From positions 30,459 to 94,458 of the forward strand of contig JAPYTD010000002.1 in the NCBI GenBank assembly GCA_029936315.1: a stretch of DNA of 64,000 bases, read 5' to 3'. Shown piece by piece: positions 56,551 through 64,000 of this stretch (the first letter of the stretch is position 1; each line of letters begins with the position of its first letter). The notes beneath the pieces are model-generated. The model ran no database searches. It was not told the origin of the DNA and saw only the letters and a list, made by a program, of their open reading frames with translations. The translations under genes and the position numbers were made by a program. The DNA is from Planctomycetota bacterium. GTDB lineage: Bacteria; Planctomycetota; UBA1135; UBA2386.

Positions 56551-58407
56551 CTACTGGATCATGATCGTGACGGCGCGCGCAAGAACGGTACGCGCACCGT
56601 TGAATGGAGCCGCAGAATCGAGGGTGAGGCCGCTGGAGAATACTTGAATGCCGCTGAGGAACGGTAACGGCGGTACGTTAAGCGTGGCGCTTGCGTTGCC
56701 AGCCGCGTCGACGATGCCGACCGACCCGACGAAGATGGGGTTGGCTGGATCGAGTGTGATCTGCGTGAGCCCATCGAAGTCGATTGGCAGAATGTTCCCG
56801 TTGCCGAGAGGAAGGCCGTTGTTGGCGGACAGGGACAACACGAGCAGGTAGGGCCAGCCCTCGTCGCCTGGAATCGAAGCGGTCACGGTCGATGTGCCGC
56901 CGACTGGGGCCGGGCCGGTGGATGTGATGATGGGCTCAACCAAGTCGATGATCTGGTTGGCGGGCACGTTCGTCAGGTGTTGGAGCTGACCACTAGGCCA
57001 GGTGACCTTGACGAGGTCTGCCACGGCCGCGGTGTTGAGACCGAAGTGCGGCCTGGGATCCGAACCGCCGAGGAAGCCGCAGCCACTGCGCACGTACTGG
57101 CACTGAACCATGGATCCAATGTGGACCTCAATGCGGGCGCCGATGCCATCGCGGTTGCTGACGCGGCCTGTGGTGCGGAACTTTAGCCAGTTCTTAGGCG
57201 GGCATTCGTTGCGATAGAGGATGAGGCCGTTCGGGGCTTGGTAGCCGGTGTGAAATCGCTGCAGGAGATCTAGGCGACCGTCATCGTCGAAGTCACCAAT
57301 GGAGACCATGAACTGTGAGTAAGGCTGCGCGCAGGCCATCGCAGCGGCTTTGTCCTGCCATGGGGTTACGGCATTGGCCGGTGTGCCCGGATTCTCGAAT
57401 AGCTGGTTGGGGGCAGCCTCGTGTATGACGTAGAGGTCTTGCCAGCCATCGTTGTTGTAGTCGAAGAAGTTGCAGCCCCACCCGAGCTCGCCACCCTGAA
57501 CACCATAGGTTGCCGTTGCGACCGTGTAGGAAAGCTGTGCGGCATCCCACACCTGGAACAGGTGATCTGGGGGCGCGTCCGTGCAGTAGAAATCGAGACC
57601 GCCGTCATTGAACACGTCGGCGAAGTCAACGCCCATGCCGTTAACGGCGATGCTGGCACCGATCGTCGCAGCTACTGGCGTGAAGGTGCCGTCGCCATTG
57701 TTGCGGTAGATCTCGTTTGGAGTATTAACGCCCTTCTCTGAAACCTCCATAAGGTCAGGCCAGCCGTCTTCGTTGTAGTCGAAGAACGCGCAAGCCAGGG
57801 TCAGGCTATTGCCGGCGCAGCCAGCTGTCGCCGTGACATCGACGAAGTTGCCATTGCCCGTGTTCCGGTAGAGGCGGTTTGGCGCAGGCAGGGGGCCTGA
57901 GAGTCGATTGCCGAGATAGAGATCCAACCAACCGTCGCGGTCAAAGTCGCCAAAGGAAGCCGAGTAGTTGTCATCCGAATGAACGAGGCCGCGCGCTACC
58001 GCTTCCTCCGTGAATACTCCGGCGCCGTTGTTGATGTAGAGGCGACCCGGAAGACCAGCCCCGCCCATGTAGATGTCGGGATCGCCGTCGTTGTCAACAT
58101 CAGCCGCTTCCACCGCGTGCGGCATCCAGTGCGATCCGAGTCCCGACCCTGCAGAGATGTCGGTGAAAGACATGCCGCCATCGTTGCGGAACAGACGAAT
58201 TGGGAAGCCCGCAGTCGGAGCGACGACTACGTCCATGTCGCCGTCACTGTCCAAGTCAAGAATCGCCTGGCCACTGCCGTACCACGCGTTCGACCAGAGC
58301 ACCATCGGCATGCCTTGTGGCGCGTTCATGACCGTAAACTGAGCCTGTGCGGAACCTGCCAAACAGAAAGTCACTAGAAGGGCTATCCACTCATTCACGG
58401 CACGCAT
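56551..58407 (-). CDS. Secreted FG-GAP/VCBS-repeat (ASPIC/UnbV, CRTAC1-like) protein with shared C-terminal module
   Basis: Signal peptide MRAVNEWIALLVTFCLAGSAQAQ. Repeated D.D.DGD..D motifs plus an UnbV-like segment (GIGARIEV...). C-terminus: ...ATLNVPPLPFLSGIQVFSSGLTLDSAAPFNGARTVLARAVTIMIQ. Confidence 0.88.
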   Translation of the reverse strand: MRAVNEWIALLVTFCLAGSAQAQFTVMNAPQGMPMVLWSNAWYGSGQAILDLDSDGDMDVVVAPTAGFPIRLFRNDGGMSFTDISAGSGLGSHWMPHAVEAADVDNDGDPDIYMGGAGLPGRLYINNGAGVFTEEAVARGLVHSDDNYSASFGDFDRDGWLDLYLGNRLSGPLPAPNRLYRNTGNGNFVDVTATAGCAGNSLTLACAFFDYNEDGWPDLMEVSEKGVNTPNEIYRNNGDGTFTPVAATIGASIAVNGMGVDFADVFNDGGLDFYCTDAPPDHLFQVWDAAQLSYTVATATYGVQGGELGWGCNFFDYNNDGWQDLYVIHEAAPNQLFENPGTPANAVTPWQDKAAAMACAQPYSQFMVSIGDFDDDGRLDLLQRFHTGYQAPNGLILYRNECPPKNWLKFRTTGRVSNRDGIGARIEVHIGSMVQCQYVRSGCGFLGGSDPRPHFGLNTAAVADLVKVTWPSGQLQHLTNVPANQIIDLVEPIITSTGPAPVGGTSTVTASIPGDEGWPYLLVLSLSANNGLPLGNGNILPIDFDGLTQITLDPANPIFVGSVGIVDAAGNASATLNVPPLPFLSGIQVFSSGLTLDSAAPFNGARTVLARAVTIMIQ

Positions 58408-58416
58408 GATCTCATC

Positions 58417-58887
58417 CTAGTTGTGAAGGTCCGTCTCGGCCAACAAGTCTACCCGACAAACACTTACGGTCGGCAGGTTCTGGGACGGGTATCTTGGCGA
58501 GCACCGCGAATCGTCGAGGCGACCGAAGCGGAAGCTTGCACTCAAGCGCGAATCAGTTCCCAGGATGTCGCCCTTCACAACGACTGCTCCGGCCACTGCC
58601 GCCGGGATGCTGCTCGACCCCCGTGGTGTTCGGGACCTGGGCCGACCCCTTCTTGTCTCGAAGTGGCCCGTTCCGAATCGTCGACGACCAACAGACTGGT
58701 GGCCGAGTTGATTGCTTGAGCGAATCTCGCACTTCACGGTTTGCACCCAAGTCCTTGAGAATGCGCACGAACTGCTTGGTGAACAACGCATCGTTATCGA
58801 GGATCCGGCACTTCTTGTCGCGAAGGAAGCCGCCACCTGTTTCGGTCAGGTTGCGTGCGACCTGCGCCACACCAGAATCGCACTCGA
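58417..58887 (-). pseudogene. Possible remnant of an rve (DDE integrase-core) transposase gene
   Basis: On the minus strand, (V)AQVARNLTETGGGFLRDKKCRILDNDALFTKQFVRILKDLGA resembles the region around the second catalytic Asp of integrase-core transposases. GC3 is about 77% over these 43 codons. There is a stop directly upstream, the downstream part is recognisable only weakly and in a shifted frame, and I identified no inverted repeats. Confidence 0.35.
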
Positions 58888-58960
58888 TGTGTCAAGCACG
58901 CCGAGAGACACCATAGAGACTACTGCGGTGGTTTGCCCCGCGCGTGCGCACGCGTATCGT

Positions 58961-60766
58961 ATGTGCATGGCTGGTCGCGGTAATAAGCACGGCAAACGCA
59001 AGGGCGAGGATTCCGGCGACAAGCCGAGCTTCGGTAGTTTCAAGGACCTGCTGCGTTCTCAAGGCGGCAAGCCCGAACCCGACTACCCCGCCGATGACCG
59101 CGGCTGGACACTCGAATCAGCGGACGGGCGCAGCATCGACGAAGTCGGCATGGATTCGAACCGGGGGCGCATCCAGTCGCGGCCTGCAGCCTTCGGGCCG
59201 ATGGAGCACGGCCCACCTTGTTACGCCGACGAGGACTCGGAGGAACTGCGATTGCTCGGCACCTTCCGCGTGCGGACGGTGTTTCCCGATGACGTCAAGC
59301 AGGAGGTCGACCAGCTGCCCGACGATCCGGACCCCAGCGACTTCGAAGGCCGACTCGACCTGCGCAAGGAGACGATCTTCACGATCGACGGCGATGACGC
59401 GCAGGACTACGACGATGCGATCGGCATCAAGGACCTGGACAACGGCAACACCGAGATCAGTGTGCACATCGCCGACGTCAGCCACTACGTGCGGCCAGGC
59501 ACCAAGCTCGACGACGAAGCGCTGACCCGCGGCACCAGCGTCTACCTGCCCGACCAGGTCGTGCCGATGCTGCCGGAGAAGCTGTCCAACAATCTCTGCT
59601 CGCTAGTTCCCAACCGTGACCGACTGGCTCATTCGGTGTACATGGAGTTCACGCCCGCAGGCCAGCGTGTGGCTTCGCGCGTGCACAAGAGCGTGATTCG
59701 AAGCGTGCATCGTTGCACCTATCGCATCGTTCAAGAACTACTCGACGGGGTCGATAGCGAAGAGACGCGCGCCATCAAGCTCCTCGAACCAGACCTGTTG
59801 CGGTTTCGCGACTGGACCAGAGGCCAGCAGAAGATCCGCGACGAGCGCGGCTCGCTGCGCATGGACTCGAGCGAACGCAAATTCGTCTTCAACGACAAGC
59901 ACGAGGTGCAGGCGATCGTCGAGTCGGACAAGTACTTCTCCCAGACGCTGATCGAAGAGACGGCGCTGGCAGCCAACCAGGCCGTCGGCGATCTGTTTCG
60001 CAAACGTGGGCTGCCGACGATCTATCGGGTGCACCCCGAAAAGGACCTCGAGGAGATCGCAGGCGTTGCCAAGATGCTGCTCCAGCATGGACTGCGCGTG
60101 CCCGACAAGGAGCGACTGACTGGCCGCGACATCGGCCGTTTGATCACAATCGCGCGGCGCAAGTCGAACAGCGAGGCGTTGGTCGCGCGCATCATGGGGT
60201 TGATCGACCGGGCGGTCTACGAGGTCAAGGACCACGAGAACGTCGCCAAGCACTTCGGTCTCGTGCGCGAAGCCTACCTGCACTTCACGTCACCGATTCG
60301 GCGCTATCCCGACCTGGTCGTGCACCGTTGGCTGCACGAAATCGAGAGTCGTGGCAGAAGCGCCGAGAACGAACTGCGCACGCTCGACTTGCTCAACGAC
60401 CTCAACGAAAAGGCGCAGCACAGCACACTGCAGGCCGACATTGCCGAGATGGCCGAAAAGGCCGTCGGCGACCTGAAGGTCTGTCAGTTCGTCGAGCCAC
60501 ACATCGGCGAAGTGCACGACGCCAAGGTCGTGCGCGTGGCGCTCAATGGCATCGAAGTGCGATTGCCGCGCTTCAACATCACAGGGTTCCTGCCGACGCG
60601 CGACATTGGCGATCGCCCGAAGCTCAATGGGCCAACGCTGCAAATAAGTTCAGGCAGGAAACTGTTCTCATTCACCGAGGGCTATTCGATTCGCGTGAAG
60701 ATCAAGGAAGTGGACTTCCTCAAGCTCCAAGTGTTCTTAGAGTTGAACTCGCAACGATCGGTCTAG
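58961..60766 (+). CDS. RNase II/R-family 3'-5' exoribonuclease (RNB + C-terminal S1), short N-terminus
   Basis: Start is ATG 58961 or 58967. RNB motifs: IDGDDAQDYDDAI, VHIADVSHYV, VYLPD.V.PMLPE.LSN.LCSL, HFGL....YLHFTSPIRRYPDLVVHR. The C-terminus has an S1-like fold. Confidence 0.88.
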   Translation: MCMAGRGNKHGKRKGEDSGDKPSFGSFKDLLRSQGGKPEPDYPADDRGWTLESADGRSIDEVGMDSNRGRIQSRPAAFGPMEHGPPCYADEDSEELRLLGTFRVRTVFPDDVKQEVDQLPDDPDPSDFEGRLDLRKETIFTIDGDDAQDYDDAIGIKDLDNGNTEISVHIADVSHYVRPGTKLDDEALTRGTSVYLPDQVVPMLPEKLSNNLCSLVPNRDRLAHSVYMEFTPAGQRVASRVHKSVIRSVHRCTYRIVQELLDGVDSEETRAIKLLEPDLLRFRDWTRGQQKIRDERGSLRMDSSERKFVFNDKHEVQAIVESDKYFSQTLIEETALAANQAVGDLFRKRGLPTIYRVHPEKDLEEIAGVAKMLLQHGLRVPDKERLTGRDIGRLITIARRKSNSEALVARIMGLIDRAVYEVKDHENVAKHFGLVREAYLHFTSPIRRYPDLVVHRWLHEIESRGRSAENELRTLDLLNDLNEKAQHSTLQADIAEMAEKAVGDLKVCQFVEPHIGEVHDAKVVRVALNGIEVRLPRFNITGFLPTRDIGDRPKLNGPTLQISSGRKLFSFTEGYSIRVKIKEVDFLKLQVFLELNSQRSV

Positions 60767-61143
60767 CGCCGCCAGCAATCGTCCGCGCTGTCCACTCGCT
60801 GTGAGATCTGCCCGAGGGCAACTTGATCGAAGAATACCTGGAGCCGATCCGCGGGTGAACGTCGTCGCGCGCAAGAAAGGGCAGGCGACCACGAAGCCGA
60901 CCCGACTGTTTGCACTCGATTCGAAGCAGCCCGGGCTACCGGCGCACGCGCAGCGCGTTCGTTGATCACGCACAATCCGGGATTGCTAACGTCTGGGTGA
61001 GAGCAAACGGCACCCGCGACCCGCCCACGTCGCGCTTGGGCACCCGATGACGCACGGCCCTGGCCAATCGCGACAGCAGCCTCGCGACCAGCAACTCCCT
61101 CGTAACCCATGGATCCGCCCTTTGCGGCGGCTAAGCTGCCCGC

Positions 61144-61770
61144 GTGCAACTAGTGCCGCTGCAGATCGCGATCGAACCCGCTCCGCTGCCGCCGCGCGTC
61201 GTCACCACCCTGGCCAGCGCCCGAGCCCGCATCGACCGTTGGTTCGCGCAACCGGGACACCAGACCGGCATCGGCTTCATTCCCAGTGACTACGAGCAGG
61301 TCTGGCATGCACTCGCCGCGATCAGGCGCGAGCACCCGGACGCACGCCGCCTGCTCGAATGGGGCAGCGGCTTCGGCGTCGTTGCCGGGCTCGGCGCACT
61401 GCTCGGGCTGGATGCTCACGGCATCGAGATCGATGGCGACCTGGTTACCAGTGCGAACGAACTGCTGGCCGAACACGACCTGCGCGCGACCATCGTGCAG
61501 GGCAGCTTCGTGCCAATGGACTTCGTCGACGCGGGCCTCGACGACCTCGAGACCCGCACCGTGCTCGGCCAGCCCGATGCCTACGACAAACTCGGGCGCG
61601 ACCTCGACGACTTCGATCTGGTGTTCGCATATCCGTGGCCGACCGAAGAGGAGCTCTACCGCGAGATCTTCCGTCGCGGCGCCGATTACGGCGCGATCCT
61701 GCTGACCTGGTCGTGCCAGGAGGGTATGCGGGCCCATCGCAAGGTCGCCGGGGCCGAACGACCGCGATAG
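61144..61770 (+). CDS. Putative class-I SAM-dependent methyltransferase-like protein
   Basis: RLLEWGSGFGVVAGLGALLGLDAHGIEID resembles SAM-binding motif I plus the acidic loop. The start is GTG and uncertain. Confidence 0.5.
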   Translation: MQLVPLQIAIEPAPLPPRVVTTLASARARIDRWFAQPGHQTGIGFIPSDYEQVWHALAAIRREHPDARRLLEWGSGFGVVAGLGALLGLDAHGIEIDGDLVTSANELLAEHDLRATIVQGSFVPMDFVDAGLDDLETRTVLGQPDAYDKLGRDLDDFDLVFAYPWPTEEELYREIFRRGADYGAILLTWSCQEGMRAHRKVAGAERPR

Positions 61771-61973
61771 TGAGCAGCTCCTCGTTCTCGATCCCCAACA
61801 ACCAGCCTTCGCAGGCTTGCGGCTGTCGCACCAGTTTCTGCAGATCGAACGCACTCGGCCGCCAACCTGGTCTCGCTCGGCACTTCGAATGCGTGCGAAG
61901 CACGGCCTGGAATCCGGATTCGCCGACGGTGGGGACTCGTGCAGCTGGCTGACGCGCTTAGCATTGCCGTACC

Positions 61974-64000
61974 ATGTCCACCCGCCCAGCGACGCACCGG
62001 TTCGTGAGAGCCATCGCCTGCCTCGTGCTCGCAACGGCAGCAACCGCGCAGTCATCGGGCCACGGGTCCGACCAGAAGCACTGGGCCTACCGGAAGCCGA
62101 CCCGCCCATCGACACCGCACGTCAATGCAGCTCACTGGCCGCAGAACCCGATCGACGCCTTCGTATTAGAGAAGCTCGAAGCGAACGGCATGGCCCCATC
62201 GGCCCGGGCAGAACGCGCGCGCCTGCTGCGCCGCGTACACCTCGACCTGACCGGGTTGCCGCCGTCGATCGAAGACGTCGACGCGTTCCTTCGCGATGAC
62301 TCCGAAGGTGCATGGCAAAAGGTCGCCGACGGCCTGCTCGCCTCCCCTCGCTTCGGCGAACACTGGGCGCGGCAGTGGCTCGACCTGGCGCGCTACGCCG
62401 ACTCCAACGGATTCCAGGCGGACCAGCTGCGCGACAGCTGGGCATACCGCGACTGGGTGATCGACGCCTTGAACGCGGACATGCCGTTCGACCGCTTCAC
62501 GATCGAACAGATCGCCGGGGACCTGCTGCCTGACGCAACGCTCGCCCAGAGGATCGCGACGGGTTTCCATCGCAACGTGACGTGCAACGTCGAGGCCGGG
62601 GTGGATCCCGAGGCGAATCGTGTCAACCAAGTCTTCGACCGCGTCAACACGACGGCAACGGTCTGGCTCGGCACCACGATGGAGTGCGCACAGTGCCACG
62701 ACCACAAGTACGACCCGTTCTCCCAGAGCGACTACTTCCGCCTCTTCGCGTTCCTCAACAACACACCTATCGAGGTCAAGAACGGCCAGGGTGTGCGCTT
62801 CGACTTCTACGGCCCCAAGCTCGAGTTGCCGCTGGCGTCCGCCGAGCGTGAGCAATTGGCCGCCCTGCACACGGAACTCGCCGAGGTCGAAGCGCGGCAG
62901 AAGTCCGAACTCACCAACGTCGCCGAGGAACAACTGCGGTGGGAACACAAGATGCTCGCGCTGCTGGCGGCCGAGAACCCATGGCACGCGCTCGACGTGG
63001 CCGCGTTCGCATCGACCGGCGATGAAAACCACACCGTGCTGCCGGACAAGTCGGTGTTGATCGGTGGGCGCCTACCGGGAACGGCAACCTACACAGTGGA
63101 GACGATCGCGCCCTTCGAAGGCATCACCGCGTTCCGCATCGAGACGCTCACCCACCCTTCGCTGCCGGGGACCGGGCCCGGCCGCGGCGACGACAAGCGA
63201 CCGAACTTCATCCTGAGCGAGTTCACGGTTCACGCGCATGATGGCAACGGCCAAGAAGCTACGCGCGTCGACCTGCATTCGGCGCAGGCCGACTACTCGC
63301 AGCGGGGCTGGCACGTCAAGAACGCCATCGACGGCAAACAGAACAAGGGCTGGGCGATCGGCGGCGGCTTCTTCAAGGACCACTACGCGACCTTCCAAAC
63401 GCGCACCACCATCGGCAACAAGAGCGACACCCGCCTCACGTTCACGATCGACCAGAACTACGGTCGCGGTCGCACCATCGGCCGCTTCCGGCTGTCGGCC
63501 TACACGGGCGATCCGGCCCTGCTCGCGCTGCCCAAACAGATCGCGCGCATCCTCCAGCAAGAAAAGCGCGGCGCGAAAGCCGAAGATCGTCTGCGCGAAT
63601 ACTTCCGGAACAACCATCCAGCCGCGGTGCGGTTGACACGACAGGTCGCCGATCTCAAGCAGCGCGTCCAGGCCATACAACCCGCGACGGCGCTAGTCAT
63701 GGTCGAAGAGCAGCAACCGCGCGCAACGCACGTGATGCAGCGCGGAGACTACCTGCAGCCCGGCGCGCGCGTCACCGCGGGCACTCCGACGACCCTGCAT
63801 GCGTTCCGCGAGGATTGGCCGAAGAACCGCCTCGGCCTCGCGCGCTGGATCGCGAGCCCCGACAACCCGCTGATCGCGCGGGTCACCGCCAATCGCTGGT
63901 GGTCGCACATCTTCGGCCGCGGCCTGGTCACGACCGAAGAGGACTTCGGTCTGCGTTCCGAGGCACCGAGTCATGCGCGGCTGCTCGACTGGCTCGCCGT
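61974..64000 (+). CDS. DUF1549 + discoidin-like + DUF1553 protein, 3'-truncated by the window edge (absent from the ORF track)
   Basis: My own translation of frame 3 from ATG 61974 is open to nt 64000. Signal peptide: MSTRPATHRFVRAIACLVLATAATAQS. Motifs: HWAYRKP...PIDAFVLEKLEANGMAP...LLRRVHLDLTGLPPS...FGEHWARQWLDLARYADSNGF...CAQCHDHKYDP...NPLIARVTANRWWSHIFGRGLV. Confidence 0.9.
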   Translation, partial: MSTRPATHRFVRAIACLVLATAATAQSSGHGSDQKHWAYRKPTRPSTPHVNAAHWPQNPIDAFVLEKLEANGMAPSARAERARLLRRVHLDLTGLPPSIEDVDAFLRDDSEGAWQKVADGLLASPRFGEHWARQWLDLARYADSNGFQADQLRDSWAYRDWVIDALNADMPFDRFTIEQIAGDLLPDATLAQRIATGFHRNVTCNVEAGVDPEANRVNQVFDRVNTTATVWLGTTMECAQCHDHKYDPFSQSDYFRLFAFLNNTPIEVKNGQGVRFDFYGPKLELPLASAEREQLAALHTELAEVEARQKSELTNVAEEQLRWEHKMLALLAAENPWHALDVAAFASTGDENHTVLPDKSVLIGGRLPGTATYTVETIAPFEGITAFRIETLTHPSLPGTGPGRGDDKRPNFILSEFTVHAHDGNGQEATRVDLHSAQADYSQRGWHVKNAIDGKQNKGWAIGGGFFKDHYATFQTRTTIGNKSDTRLTFTIDQNYGRGRTIGRFRLSAYTGDPALLALPKQIARILQQEKRGAKAEDRLREYFRNNHPAAVRLTRQVADLKQRVQAIQPATALVMVEEQQPRATHVMQRGDYLQPGARVTAGTPTTLHAFREDWPKNRLGLARWIASPDNPLIARVTANRWWSHIFGRGLVTTEEDFGLRSEAPSHARLLDWLA

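Noticed and set aside
61150-62115. 321-aa minus-strand ORF, plus 62166..63032 and 63072..63680 on the minus strand
   Set aside because: They are antisense to the methyltransferase-like gene and to the frame-3 DUF1549/1553 gene, which carry the recognisable motifs.
1-64000. Search by eye for rRNA, tRNA and CRISPR arrays, and for intact IS elements or prophage genes
   Set aside because: I found no regularly spaced direct-repeat array, no rRNA-like conserved stretches, no convincing cloverleaf in the intergenic spacers and no intact transposase, integrase or phage structural genes. A tRNAscan/Infernal run would be needed to exclude small RNAs rigorously.

Overview
High-GC bacterial chromosomal segment, roughly 60-65% G+C by eye, with about 40 protein-coding genes. 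I recognised no rRNA, tRNA or CRISPR array. The gene content points to Planctomycetota/PVC, which is an inference from family content. There are four PSCyt/DUF1549/DUF1553 giant proteins, three of them next to DUF1501 sulfatase-like partners. There is also a DUF1080 + dehydrogenase + cytochrome c fusion, and many secreted proteins with sialate-O-acetylesterase-like (DUF303), LamG, PA14 or FG-GAP modules. Functional blocks, in order: (i) 1-14 kb, a proline/hydroxyproline peptide catabolism island (DPP-IV, proline iminopeptidase, aldehyde dehydrogenase, GntR, DHDPS-like, proline-racemase-family enzyme). (ii) 14.5-30.3 kb, a run of secreted proteins that includes a duplicated CAP-domain + DUF303 module. 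(iii) 30.4-47.2 kb, the PSCyt/PSD + DUF1501 array. (iv) 47.8-61.8 kb, housekeeping and stress genes (ROK fructokinase, amidohydrolase, nuclease, DUF924, cold-shock protein, persulfide dioxygenase-rhodanese, 1-Cys peroxiredoxin, CvfB, RNase R-like). (v) A fourth PSD-type gene that runs off the 3' end and is absent from the ORF track. Main items to follow up: a thioredoxin-like secreted protein split by one in-frame TGA followed by a SECIS-like hairpin (candidate selenoprotein). A ~110-130 aa C-terminal module shared by four otherwise unrelated secreted proteins, one of which is little more than signal peptide plus module. A ~20-30 nt hairpin-forming motif repeated at intercistronic junctions of one plus-strand gene string. 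Many long ORFs in the track are antisense artefacts of high G+C. Several track ORFs also carry spurious N-terminal extensions, and I re-set their starts from signal peptides and ATG/GTG positions.
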